Counted from the first letter of the stretch, positions 10,984 through 20,062 are shown. The stretch is DNA of 40,000 bases from Aliiglaciecola sp. (GCA_965227085.1 CBDDFO010000002.1:1852126-1892125); one strand, 5' to 3'. Program-made: numbers and translations. The notes: generated from the sequence alone by a model not told the origin.

Positions 10984-12066
10984 ATGAGCACGTCAAAACG
11001 TTTCTTTAACCGCTACTTTTGGTTCGCCAATGTGTTCTTTTGGTTGGCTGTGCATGCGCTATACACTCACATCAAATACAGAGCCTTACAGCAAACAGTG
11101 GTTGAGCCAAACTGGATCGACATATGGATTTCCATATCACCTTGGTTCTTGTTGTGGATCTTCATCACCGTATTTATCTTTAAACTGGTCATATTTTTAG
11201 AGTCAACCCGTATCCATTTTGTCGGTAAAGTGGTACTCCACACAGGGGTAATACTGGGGATCATGCCGCTGTATTGGTCATTAGCCCACGCGCTAATCAT
11301 TCTTTTTACTGACCGTACAATCGACCAATTCAGCCATTTCCTGATGAGAACCATCACGACCAATGCACAACTGGATATCATTATGTATATCAGCGTGCTG
11401 GCAGGGGCTATGGCGATCCGTTTTTATCACAATGCACTGCAAGAACGGTTAGAACTCAAACGGCTAAATCACGCATTAACGCAGGAACAACTAAAAACAC
11501 TTCGTTCCCAATTGAATCCGCATTTTTTGTTCAATGCCCTTAATACTATCGCGAGTTTGGTCCGACTCAAACGAGATAAAGATGCGGTTTCTGCTCTGTC
11601 TGCGTTAAGCGTTATGTTGCGCAAAATTTTGGAAACTAAGAACCATGACGAGATTACAGTAAAAGACGAAATCGCATTTATTAACAGTTACTTAGCAATA
11701 CAAAAAATGCGTTTTTCAGAGAAACTTGATACCCATATCAATGTGCAACCAGACTGTCTAGATTTGGTGATCCCCAACATGTTGTTACACCCTTTAGTAG
11801 AAAATGCGGTACAACATGGGTCGCAGTTAGAATCGAATAAGAATTTACTCAACTTGGACATCACGCGCAGCGATAAGCAATTGATGGTTATCCTAACCAA
11901 CAAAGTGGCAAAGAACGACCAACACGAAGGTTTTGGTATTGGTTTGAGCAACACCCGGGAACGATTAGCCAGACTCTATAGCCACTTTAAATTGGAGCTT
12001 CATCCATTGAATGACGATTTATTTGAGACCGTTTTAGCCATACCAATTGGAGGAAAGGATGCTTAG
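10984..12066 (+). CDS. LytS/YehU-family sensor histidine kinase
   Basis: N-terminal multi-TM region, His_kinase block LNPHFLFNALNTI and a C-terminal HATPase region. Start is ATG 10984 or GTG 10975. Confidence 0.85.
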   Translation: MSTSKRFFNRYFWFANVFFWLAVHALYTHIKYRALQQTVVEPNWIDIWISISPWFLLWIFITVFIFKLVIFLESTRIHFVGKVVLHTGVILGIMPLYWSLAHALIILFTDRTIDQFSHFLMRTITTNAQLDIIMYISVLAGAMAIRFYHNALQERLELKRLNHALTQEQLKTLRSQLNPHFLFNALNTIASLVRLKRDKDAVSALSALSVMLRKILETKNHDEITVKDEIAFINSYLAIQKMRFSEKLDTHINVQPDCLDLVIPNMLLHPLVENAVQHGSQLESNKNLLNLDITRSDKQLMVILTNKVAKNDQHEGFGIGLSNTRERLARLYSHFKLELHPLNDDLFETVLAIPIGGKDA

Positions 12067-12814
12067 TATTCTAGTAGCCGATGATGAAAACTTGGCTCGA
12101 GAGACGATCAAAATTTTATTGCGAGATGAGACGGATATCGCGCAAATCTACGAAGCTGAGGATGGCAATCAAGCGCTGTCTATGATCAATGAGTTCGAGC
12201 CTAATATCGTATTTTTGGACATAGAAATGCCCGGAATATCGGGCATCGATATCGCCAAACAGGTGACTAACAAGACCATCATTATTTTTGTCACAGCATA
12301 CAATGAACATGCCGTAGAGGCCTTTGAATTAAGTGCCATCGATTATATTTTGAAGCCCTTTGATGATGACCGATTCTATAAAGCTCTGCATCGAGCCCGG
12401 GGTAAAATCCAAGAAGATCGTCAGGATGATTATTCTAAGTTGGGCGAAGTGATCCAACAGATGTTGGCAGATCACCACAAGCCCTATCGAGATCGTTTGG
12501 TGATTAGAGACCCAGGACGCATCAGGTTGGTCGATGTCGACCAGATCGATTACATCTCTGGTGCGGGCAACTACGCTGAGATTCACCTTAACGACGGGAA
12601 ACATATTTTACATCGAGAGACGCTATCAGCCCTGGAGGAGCAGCTCAATCCGCAAATCTTTGTGCGAATTCACCGCTCATCCATTGTCCGTCGCAGTGCG
12701 ATTTCAGAGTTGCGACCAAACGATAAGGGCGATTACTCAGTGATTTTGCAAAGTGGCGAGGTGCTCACCTTGTCGCGACGCAATCGCGCAAAATTAGACG
12801 AATTAACCCACTGA
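12059..12814 (+). CDS. LytTR-family response regulator
   Basis: Receiver domain (ILVADDE...FLDIEMPG...KPF) plus a LytTR DNA-binding C-terminus. GGAGGA Shine-Dalgarno before ATG 12059. Overlaps the kinase stop. Confidence 0.9.
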   Translation: MLSILVADDENLARETIKILLRDETDIAQIYEAEDGNQALSMINEFEPNIVFLDIEMPGISGIDIAKQVTNKTIIIFVTAYNEHAVEAFELSAIDYILKPFDDDRFYKALHRARGKIQEDRQDDYSKLGEVIQQMLADHHKPYRDRLVIRDPGRIRLVDVDQIDYISGAGNYAEIHLNDGKHILHRETLSALEEQLNPQIFVRIHRSSIVRRSAISELRPNDKGDYSVILQSGEVLTLSRRNRAKLDELTH

Positions 12815-12825
12815 TTCGGTTGATA

Positions 12826-14553
12826 TTAATACCAAATCAATACCGTCAAAGTCCACATAACACCCGCGAGTGCCGCTGCATAGGTAGCCGGCACGATTTG
12901 GGTTTTGACATGGTCCATCAAGTCGCAACCGGTGGTCATCGAGCTTAATATGGTGGTATCTGATATTGGCGAGCATTGATCGCCGTAAACGCTACCATTA
13001 AGAACCGCCGCGAAGCATACCATCATAAACACTTCAGGCTGCGCGAGGGCTTCATTTTGGGCGACTGCCCATACTAGCGGCATCGCTAAAGGAAATGCCA
13101 CTGCGTAAGTTCCCCAACTGGTTCCAGTGGAAAATGCAATGAGCATGGTTAGCAACTGAAGCAGCACCGGCATCATCCAAAAAGGCAATTGTTCGCCAAG
13201 TAATTCAACCAAGAATATGCCACCCCCCAGTTCTTTACTGATTGCGCCGATGGTGATGGCTAACATGAGGATAATGGAAGCGACGACCACACCTTTCCAA
13301 CCTGTGCTTAAGCCATCGAGTACATTACGTAGTGTCATCCCTTTGACCATGGCGACCGCAATGGCAATTAGCAAGGCACTGGCGAAAGCCCAATGTATTT
13401 GCGGTGTGCCACTAACAGCAAAAGTTAATATTGCCACCAGAATCAAGCTAGTTAGAGGCACAACAAATTCCAACCAATGAGAAAGATAGCCAGCAGGCAC
13501 TGACACTTGATGCAACTCCTTTGCACTGATGGGGTTGGCATTTTCTCCGTCAAGTTGGCCTGTCAATCGAGCACGATCAATGGCTCGTTTTAAGCCTTTT
13601 CCGGAGAACATAGTGAAGTTCAAACTAAGCAATAAGGTGCCTAAAACAGCGAAAATACCGTAAAAACTAAAGGGAATGCTGGCGAAGAAAAATTGGATTC
13701 GATCTTGCTCTGTAGCCAAAAAAGCCACACCGGGCACAAACAAAAATGCTTGTACGTAGGCGGGCCAAGCGTTGAAGGCAATGACCGAGGCAATGGGAGA
13801 GGCGGTTGAATCGACCACATAACTGAGTTCTTCATGGCTAACTTGGGCTTTGTCCGCCATGGGTTTAACTGTTGTACCCACCAATACTGTGCTCATGGTG
13901 CCACCTTGAAAAAACAACACACCGAGACACCAAGTCACCAATTTTGCCGAACGTGGCCCTCGCACAAAGCGTTCACTCATCATTTGGGCAAAGGCTTGGG
14001 CGGCACCGGTTTTACCCCAGATCCCCATCAAACCACCCAATAACCACAAATACAGTATCAGAATGGACGCGGCGCTTTGTGTACCAATATTGGGGATTAA
14101 TACGTCAGCACTGATGTCGTAGCGTCCTAAAATCAAGCCTCCGGAGACAATTCCACAAAACAGCGCGAGTAACGGTTCCTTGCTGACCAAACAAAGGATA
14201 ATCGCCAACGCCGCTGGCAACAGTGACCACCAGCCATAGTGAAACTCTGCTTTCAGCAAAATAGGATTGCTCTCTTGGGTTATTTGCACCCACTGCTGTC
14301 GAATTTCAGGTGCTGTTGATAGACCAGACAAAGCCTCTTGACGAACAATCGCCTGGGAATAGGGAACGATGTTATCAATTCGGTTTAATTTGCCATTTTT
14401 TTCGAACGACCAGTGACCTTGACTGTCCTGTACAACAGGATATTGAAGCTGGGTTTCTAACCAGTTTGCAGGGACGTATAATTTGACCAATATCGAGGCC
14501 AATAATCCAAGTACGATAATTATTATGGTGGTGTGGTGTTGTTTTACAGCCAT
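12826..14553 (-). CDS. Na+/H+ antiporter, NhaC family
   Basis: About 575-aa polytopic membrane protein with NhaC-like C-terminal repeats. Likely start is the ATG at 14553 (MAVKQHH...). Confidence 0.8.
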   Translation of the reverse strand: MAVKQHHTTIIIIVLGLLASILVKLYVPANWLETQLQYPVVQDSQGHWSFEKNGKLNRIDNIVPYSQAIVRQEALSGLSTAPEIRQQWVQITQESNPILLKAEFHYGWWSLLPAALAIILCLVSKEPLLALFCGIVSGGLILGRYDISADVLIPNIGTQSAASILILYLWLLGGLMGIWGKTGAAQAFAQMMSERFVRGPRSAKLVTWCLGVLFFQGGTMSTVLVGTTVKPMADKAQVSHEELSYVVDSTASPIASVIAFNAWPAYVQAFLFVPGVAFLATEQDRIQFFFASIPFSFYGIFAVLGTLLLSLNFTMFSGKGLKRAIDRARLTGQLDGENANPISAKELHQVSVPAGYLSHWLEFVVPLTSLILVAILTFAVSGTPQIHWAFASALLIAIAVAMVKGMTLRNVLDGLSTGWKGVVVASIILMLAITIGAISKELGGGIFLVELLGEQLPFWMMPVLLQLLTMLIAFSTGTSWGTYAVAFPLAMPLVWAVAQNEALAQPEVFMMVCFAAVLNGSVYGDQCSPISDTTILSSMTTGCDLMDHVKTQIVPATYAAALAGVMWTLTVLIWY

Positions 14554-14706
14554 CTTAGATTCACAATCCCATGAGTATGTACTAAAAACTAACATGGATA
14601 GTGGTCAGCATAAACAAAGATGCCGGTAATTGTGTACCGGGCTTTTGATCTATTTGTTGATAAAACGACAACCTATAGGCACACAAAAATAATCATAGGA
14701 ATCTCC

Positions 14707-15567
14707 ATGAAAAATCGACTGTACCTTACTGTAGCGGCGACGCTGATGACTTTTGTATCCAGTTTAAGCCTAGCGGACGACCGATTCGCCAAGGTAGAAA
14801 TTAAAAGCACCCATTTGGCGGGCTCGGTGCACATGTTGACCGGCTCTGGCGGCAATATTGGTGTCTCTGCAGGCAAAGAAGGCTTGTTGATCATTGATGA
14901 CCAATTTGCGCCGCTGGCTGAACGCATATCCAATGCCTTGAACGAAATCGAACAAGGCAAATTGAAATATGTGATTAACACTCATTATCACGGCGATCAT
15001 ACGGGTAGTAATGAGTTTATGACCGAAGTACGTGAGTCTACCGTGTTTGCCCACGACAATGTCCGAGTTCGACTGGCGGCGAAGGACGATCATGTTCATG
15101 CTGAACTGCCGGTCGTAACCTACGCGCAAGGTGTTACTTTCCACTTTAACGGTGACACCATTAAAGTTTCCCATCTGTCTAACGGCCATACCGATGGAGA
15201 CAGTGTGGTGTACTTTGAGTCGGCTAATGTGTTGCATACAGGGGATTTGTTTTTCAACAAACTGTTTCCGTACATCGATTTGGGTGCAGGGGGCAATGTG
15301 AATGGCTACATTAAAAATGTCGAAACCATGTTGTCGATGATTAACGATGACACCCAAATCATCCCTGGACACGGCCCGTTAGCGAACAAAGGTGATCTAA
15401 AGACCTTTGTGGATATGATCAAAGCCACACAAGCAGAAGTGTTAGCAATGAAATCAGCTGGTCTGTCACTGGAAAAAGCAATAGAAAAAGGCTTAAGTGA
15501 ACAGTGGAAAAGTTGGAGTTGGTCGTTTATTGATGAGAAAAAATGGATAAGTACACTTTATCGTTAA
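14707..15567 (+). CDS. MBL-fold metallo-hydrolase (secreted)
   Basis: Signal peptide (MKNRLYLTVAATLMTFVSSLSLA) and the HxHxDH metal motif (HYHGDHTG). The ORF-track start at 14620 is probably too far upstream. Confidence 0.85.
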   Translation: MKNRLYLTVAATLMTFVSSLSLADDRFAKVEIKSTHLAGSVHMLTGSGGNIGVSAGKEGLLIIDDQFAPLAERISNALNEIEQGKLKYVINTHYHGDHTGSNEFMTEVRESTVFAHDNVRVRLAAKDDHVHAELPVVTYAQGVTFHFNGDTIKVSHLSNGHTDGDSVVYFESANVLHTGDLFFNKLFPYIDLGAGGNVNGYIKNVETMLSMINDDTQIIPGHGPLANKGDLKTFVDMIKATQAEVLAMKSAGLSLEKAIEKGLSEQWKSWSWSFIDEKKWISTLYR

Positions 15568-16022
15568 TCCCCACAGAGAAACTGAGTCAGTATGCCAGCC
15601 CGTTACTGCACTGGTTTCAAAGCCCTGCACAATTGCATGATTGGGCGGGGCCTGGCATCGATTTCCCACTGACCGATGACGATTTTTCGCTTATTGGTCA
15701 ACGGCCTAGTTTCTCACTGAATTCTCAAACCCAGCCACTAGTTGGCTTTGGACAGTATTACCTTCGGCTTGAAAGACACCATCTTGCACGCTTGGTGATC
15801 AACCCTGAATTCAGAGGGCAGGGGCTTGGCAGGGTTTTGGTAACGGCCTTACTTGAGCATGCACAACAACAAAACACTGCCCGTGAAGCGACACTTTTTG
15901 TGGAACCCAACAACCATGTTGCCCTTGCCTTGTATTCGTCTTTGGGGTTCAAACCTCAAGCTTATCCCGACAACACGGCAGTGGAAGTCTTGCCCTACAC
16001 CTACATGGTCAAAGCGTTGTAG
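15543..16022 (+). CDS. GNAT-family N-acetyltransferase
   Basis: 159 aa with the acetyl-CoA binding motif RGQGLGRVLV. Confidence 0.8.
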   Translation: MDKYTLSLIPTEKLSQYASPLLHWFQSPAQLHDWAGPGIDFPLTDDDFSLIGQRPSFSLNSQTQPLVGFGQYYLRLERHHLARLVINPEFRGQGLGRVLVTALLEHAQQQNTAREATLFVEPNNHVALALYSSLGFKPQAYPDNTAVEVLPYTYMVKAL

Positions 16023-16253
16023 CCTGATATTTAAAGACAACGTAAAACGGCTAGGTGCATTCTAAGGTTAGAAAAGGCTTAGTTTTTCTGCAGAAAAAAC
16101 GAATGCAGGTGGTTGTATTTAAATATTTCGTATTAATTCTTTGTGCCGTTTGCCGATCCTCGCTAAATCCAGTCTGAATTGACGTTTAGGGTGTGGAGCG
16201 GTCGTTCGCAACTAAGCAGAGCAACCGCTATTTTTCGACTTTTTAGCTTATTT

Positions 16254-17213
16254 TTACCTATCCAAGGGGCTCGTTGTTCCAGAAGAATGCTGACCAATGA
16301 CATGCGTGTAAATTTGTGTTGTTCGCAAATCATTATGTCCAAGAAGCTCTTGCACTGTTCGTATGTCAGCACCTGAAAGAAGCAACTGTGTAGCAAACGA
16401 GTGCCTGAACGTATGTGCAGTTACGTGCTTCGTGACACCGGATTTCTTCACGGCTGCCCGTAGAGCTTTAGTCAATGCTGTCCAATGCAAATGATGACGA
16501 CAGTAGTAACCATCCACGGGATGTTGGCATCGAGTGGTCGATGGGAATAGATACTGCCACTTAAACTCTTTAATCGCATACGGATACTTCCTTGCAAGTC
16601 CTGGGGGGAGACTAGTTTCACCGCCACCTTCAGAAATGTCGCGTTGATGCAAGGCCTTCACTGACTCTATTTGCTTCTTCAGCGCAAGGACCAGATTATT
16701 TGGCAGCATAGTCACGCGGTCTTTTCCTCCTTTGCCGCGAAAGACAAATACGCTCTTGCCAGCAAAGTCGATATCTTTAATGCGGAGTTTAAGTAACTCT
16801 GCTTTACGTAACCCACAACCATAAAGCAACGAGAAGGCCAGTTTGTACTTCTCACTCATCTGACTGATTATGATAAGTGTCTCTTCATGACTAAGCACTG
16901 TGGGTACGCGCTTGGGTGCGCGGGCTCTCACAGTATCGGGTAGCAAGGTCAGTTCACGCTCGAATACATGCTTATACATAAACACGATAGCGCAGAGCGC
17001 AAGGTTCTGTGTTGATGAGGTGACATGGCGTTTAACGGCCAGGTAAGTTAGGAAGTCAGTCACTTCCTGCTCACCTAACTCTTTCGGGTGACGCTTCTGG
17101 TTAAACAGAATGAAACGTTTAATCCACAACAGATAGGATTTTTCTGTTTGGATAGAGTAATGCTTGGTGCGCATGATATTGCGAATTTGTTCTAGAAAAG
17201 GGCTCTGTCCCAT
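16254..17213 (-). CDS. intI: integron integrase
   Basis: Tyrosine recombinase with the IntI-specific extra segment (LARKYPYAIKEFKWQYLFPS...RHH). Catalytic residues are present (GLRKAE, HTFRHSFAT, GH, IYTHV) and there are no frameshifts. ATG 17213 follows a GGAG Shine-Dalgarno; the ORF track extends to TTG 17225. Confidence 0.92.
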   Translation of the reverse strand: MGQSPFLEQIRNIMRTKHYSIQTEKSYLLWIKRFILFNQKRHPKELGEQEVTDFLTYLAVKRHVTSSTQNLALCAIVFMYKHVFERELTLLPDTVRARAPKRVPTVLSHEETLIIISQMSEKYKLAFSLLYGCGLRKAELLKLRIKDIDFAGKSVFVFRGKGGKDRVTMLPNNLVLALKKQIESVKALHQRDISEGGGETSLPPGLARKYPYAIKEFKWQYLFPSTTRCQHPVDGYYCRHHLHWTALTKALRAAVKKSGVTKHVTAHTFRHSFATQLLLSGADIRTVQELLGHNDLRTTQIYTHVIGQHSSGTTSPLDR

Positions 17214-17240
17214 GAATATCTCCAATAAATAATGACGTGG

Positions 17241-17669
17241 AATTACTGAGAAGTCTCAGTAACACGCATCATAAAATTGGATTAATTGGCTTGTACCCTG
17301 CGCGATATATGGGTTTTTGTATAGTTTGGCGTTTGTAATTACTGAGAAGTCTCAGTAACACGCAATAAATTTACGTCATAATCATGCTGTAGGCCCCATC
17401 ATTGCTGAAAATGGGGTATGATTTGTATTTGTAATTAATGATAAGTCTTAGTAACACACACATTGACGCATCTAAAAATGCTAACGCATTGATTTACTTA
17501 TACTAGATTGCAAATTTAGCCCGTTATTACTGAGAAGTCTCAGTAATACGCATATAAAACGGTGTTTTTTTGTGTTGGAAAGGTTGTAAGCTACTGATAT
17601 TAAATACGAATATGGAGATTTGTTGCATGAAACCCACTGTGTGTTACTGTGAAGTCTTCATAATAAGAT
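17241..17669 (+). repeat. five direct copies of a ~28-bp element containing a 9-2-9 palindrome (TTACTGAGA-AG-TCTCAGTAA)
   Basis: Copies at 17241-17268 and 17337-17364 are identical. The copy at 17433-17460 has 4 mismatches, 17525-17552 has 2, and 17642-17669 is degenerate (17 of 28 match). Centre spacing is 96, 96, 92 and 117 bp, and the spacers are unrelated. Confidence 0.9.
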
Positions 17670-17953
17670 GTTATAGCGCGGGTTCTCTCTAAAGCTTAGT
17701 CCAATTCAGAAGTGGATTTCCGCTCAAATCTCCGAGCAAACAGGTGGTTGTTTTGCCAATCGGGCAAGGCTGTTTAAACGGGATTGCTCTTCACACCGAT
17801 TGCGCCAGTTGTCTTAACATTGCTCCAATGGGGACCACGAAATATCGGTTGTGGTTTTGTTCAAGGTTGGTTTAGTCTATGGGTAATAATTTTAATCATG
17901 TTGTTGTGCACACTCGTGGTGGCGGCAAAGCCGCGAAAGCTCAAAGGTTGGCG

Positions 17954-18051
17954 CAATAACAAACGTATGTTACGGACACATCCTCGCTGGCTTGGCTCGT
18001 GCCTCGCAATTTTAGCCAGCAAGTCTGCGCCGCAAATACAAAGCGTTATAT
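17954..18051 (+). other. attC site 1
   Basis: R'' CAATAAC ... R' GTTATAT, with internal dyad GCTGGC/GCCAGC and a central GCAATTTTAGCC block shared with attC 14 and 19. Confidence 0.7.
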
Positions 18052-18097
18052 TGCATGGTGTTTGATTGATCTGTAAAAGCCAACGGATAGGTAGTAT

Positions 18098-18298
18098 TTG
18101 AAGATGGAGTTGCTCACCTTAGTATTCGGTTTCTGGTTATTTCTCTTCAGTAAAATGTTTAGAGAAAGCTGGATATTTGAACTCAAAAAATCCAACCCAC
18201 TTTTTAAGTTCTTGCATGTAATTGAAGCCGGTATAGCTATTTTGATTGGTTTAGGTGCGCCTGTATTCGTTATTAAATTATTGATAGTGGGTGGGTAA
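18098..18298 (+). CDS. cassette 2: small 2-TM membrane protein (hypothetical)
   Basis: 66-aa ORF co-oriented with the array, with two hydrophobic segments. Weak Shine-Dalgarno. The cassette is only 338 bp. Confidence 0.4.
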   Translation: MKMELLTLVFGFWLFLFSKMFRESWIFELKKSNPLFKFLHVIEAGIAILIGLGAPVFVIKLLIVGG

Positions 18299-18302
18299 TG
18301 CA

Positions 18303-18389
18303 ATATAACAAGTTCATTAAGCAAGTTGCCGCTGAAAAGCGCGGCAAGGGACCCGCAAACTGCGCGGGCCCCTTATAAAAGCGTTATGC
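18303..18389 (+). other. attC site 2
   Basis: R'' ATATAAC ... R' GTTATGC. R'' is the reverse complement of G plus the cassette-2 start (TTATAT). Confidence 0.8.
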
Positions 18390-18748
18390 CTATGAATATT
18401 GATTACCAATCACTTATTCCGGTTGCTCTAAGAGCGCTGTATCCAGAAGAGGAAAAAAGAAAAGAAGTTGAACAGCTTCTTGAAGTTTACGGGACCGAAA
18501 CATTCCATAGAGAAAAATCCAGGGTAAGACTTGGTGTTCTTTATCTGGCATCACAAGAACCAGAAAAACTGGAATCATTTATTGATCTTGCATGTACTGA
18601 TTACCGAGACTTGCTCTGTGCGGCAGAATATCCGCACTCATCAAGACACTGGGGGCTTCAAGAGAAAGATCCTGAAAAATATAAAAAATTTCAGGTTAAA
18701 GAAGAGAAAGAGTATTTGGTATGGGTAGAAAGCATAAGCAATGCATAA
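18386..18748 (+). CDS. cassette 3: hypothetical cytosolic protein
   Basis: 120 aa. The ATG lies inside the R' core (GTTATGC) and the stop lies inside the next R'' (GCATAAC). No family recognised. Confidence 0.7.
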   Translation: MPMNIDYQSLIPVALRALYPEEEKRKEVEQLLEVYGTETFHREKSRVRLGVLYLASQEPEKLESFIDLACTDYRDLLCAAEYPHSSRHWGLQEKDPEKYKKFQVKEEKEYLVWVESISNA

Positions 18749-18828
18749 CAATTGCATTCACTGGAAAAAATAAAGCTACGCCGCTTCGCTCTGTAGCTTC
18801 ATTTTCCCAGTGATGCAGGGCGTTATGT
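18743..18828 (+). other. attC site 3
   Basis: R'' GCATAAC ... R' GTTATGT, with dyad CACTGG/CCAGTG. R'' complements the cassette-3 start TTATGC. Confidence 0.8.
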
Positions 18829-18849
18829 GTTTTCATGGTTGGGGGCAAT

Positions 18850-19185
18850 ATGCAAATTGAATCATTAGAGTCCTTGCAAAAAGAGGTTATAAACATCCTT
18901 AATGAAATAGATGTTGACGAACTGGAAGATGATTTAACTCATCAATTTATTGAGCATCATGTATTGACGTTGTCTTTGAAAGCTCACACATATAAAGAAA
19001 TGATTTTACGTAACAACCTTACTCGCGAAGAACAGCTAAAATTTAAAAAGTATCTTGGTATATATACTAAGTTAGAAGAGGCCGTTGCAGGTAGACTAGA
19101 TACGCTAACTACAGCAAAACTCTATGATCAAATCCTTACGTTTAAATCAATACTTGATGCCAATGTTACAGAACAAAACACATAA
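18850..19185 (+). CDS. cassette 4: hypothetical helical protein
   Basis: About 111 aa, charged and probably helical. ATG 18850 follows a G-rich Shine-Dalgarno; ATG 18835 is an alternative start. Confidence 0.7.
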   Translation: MQIESLESLQKEVINILNEIDVDELEDDLTHQFIEHHVLTLSLKAHTYKEMILRNNLTREEQLKFKKYLGIYTKLEEAVAGRLDTLTTAKLYDQILTFKSILDANVTEQNT

Positions 19186-19266
19186 CAAGCCAATCTTGTT
19201 TGGACGTTTACTCGCTGGCACTTCGTGCCAAAGCGCTCGCAAACGCCACAAATTGGAGCGTTAAGC
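19180..19266 (+). other. attC site 4
   Basis: R'' ACATAAC ... R' GTTAAGC. R'' complements the cassette-4 start TTATGT. Confidence 0.8.
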
Positions 19267-19578
19267 GCCGGGCAAGATACCAAAGAAGTACAGAAATCAA
19301 AACTAAGGCTAAAAACCGAACCTTGGTACAGTTAAATAGTTTTCAACTTTCGTGTACGCTTTAGCGTCTTGCGTCGCCTCAGAAACTCGTTTCTAAAGGG
19401 CAAAGCAAGACACTAAAGCAAGGAAGTCAAACTATGCAATGTGCCCGGATCCGGATACTCGGCTTAAATTTGCAGTCAGGACAACCGAGATGAACTCAAC
19501 TTATATGGTTGTTTTGCCATCGCTTAACAACCTGTTACACGACACCAGCAAAGAGCACTGGGTCGTGAACCAGAAACG
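19261..19578 (+). other. cassette 5: ORF-less structured cassette
   Basis: A bona fide cassette: it starts TTAAGC and its own R'' is GCTTAAC. There is no ORF of 60 aa or more on either strand. It contains a 15-bp imperfect stem (19358-19372 / 19405-19419) enclosing a nested 6-bp hairpin. Confidence 0.7.
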
Positions 19579-19584
19579 TTAGCT
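19522..19584 (+). other. attC site 5 (short, 63 bp)
   Basis: R'' GCTTAAC, L'' GTTACACGAC / L' GTCGTGAAC, R' GTTAGCT. Confidence 0.75.
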
Positions 19585-19591
19585 GTACAAA

Positions 19592-20062
19592 ATGAAATTC
19601 GAACTAATTAAATATACAGACCTAAACCGGAAGCATTTCGAAGAATCTCTTACATGGGCTCAATACTATGAACCTGATGACATCGAATCTCTCGAAGAAC
19701 TTGGTTTTGACCGTCAAGTGGTATCAGCGGAGTTGGAGAAAGTTGGTTGGTCTGACGAGTATTGGTTCGCGGTTCCAGAAGAAACTAAAGTTGGCTCATT
19801 TATGTTTGAGCACCGAAAGGCCAATTTTGTAACTGAATCTGGAAAGAAAATAGATGGCTATGTAGTAAACTCGGGACATTGTATTTGCTTGTTCGGCGCC
19901 GAAAAGGAATGGGATATAAATATCAATCTTCTTGACCTGTTGGAGGAAGAAATCGATGATCTTAGAGTTGATGTTGGCCTAAAAGAAAGTGAAAAGCTAC
20001 TGCCCCTAGAGGTACGCATTTCATTTAAGGGTGTTCAATTTACATTCGCAGAGAGCAGCTAA
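19592..20062 (+). CDS. cassette 6: hypothetical acidic cytosolic protein
   Basis: 156 aa, rich in Asp and Glu, with no TM segment. The ATG lies 8 nt after the attC. No family recognised. Confidence 0.8.
   Translation: MKFELIKYTDLNRKHFEESLTWAQYYEPDDIESLEELGFDRQVVSAELEKVGWSDEYWFAVPEETKVGSFMFEHRKANFVTESGKKIDGYVVNSGHCICLFGAEKEWDININLLDLLEEEIDDLRVDVGLKESEKLLPLEVRISFKGVQFTFAESS

Noticed and set aside
16163-16396. ORFs overlapping the 3' end of intI (16163-16396 -, 16179-16376 +)
   Set aside because: They overlap the conserved catalytic C-terminus of intI in other frames and have no supporting signals.
17243-17262. LexA/SOS box at the intI promoter
   Set aside because: The arms resemble TACTG...CAGTA, but the spacing is CTG-N8-CAG. 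The CTG-N10-CAG (CTGT-N8-ACAG) form is seen in this same window at dinB (4581-4600), so this is not a canonical LexA site.
17241-17669. CRISPR array interpretation of the five ~28-bp repeats
   Set aside because: Spacers are ~64-89 bp, far longer than CRISPR spacers. The repeats decay irregularly, no cas genes are present, and the array sits in the intI-attI promoter region.
17784-18065. 93-aa ORF in cassette 1
   Set aside because: It has a TTG start with no Shine-Dalgarno, reads straight through the whole of attC 1 and has an implausible composition. It is kept only as a remote possibility.
18046-18324. 92-aa minus-strand ORF spanning cassette 2
   Set aside because: It starts inside attC 2 and ends in the R' of attC 1, opposite to every other cassette gene. 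It looks like an AT-rich low-complexity translation.
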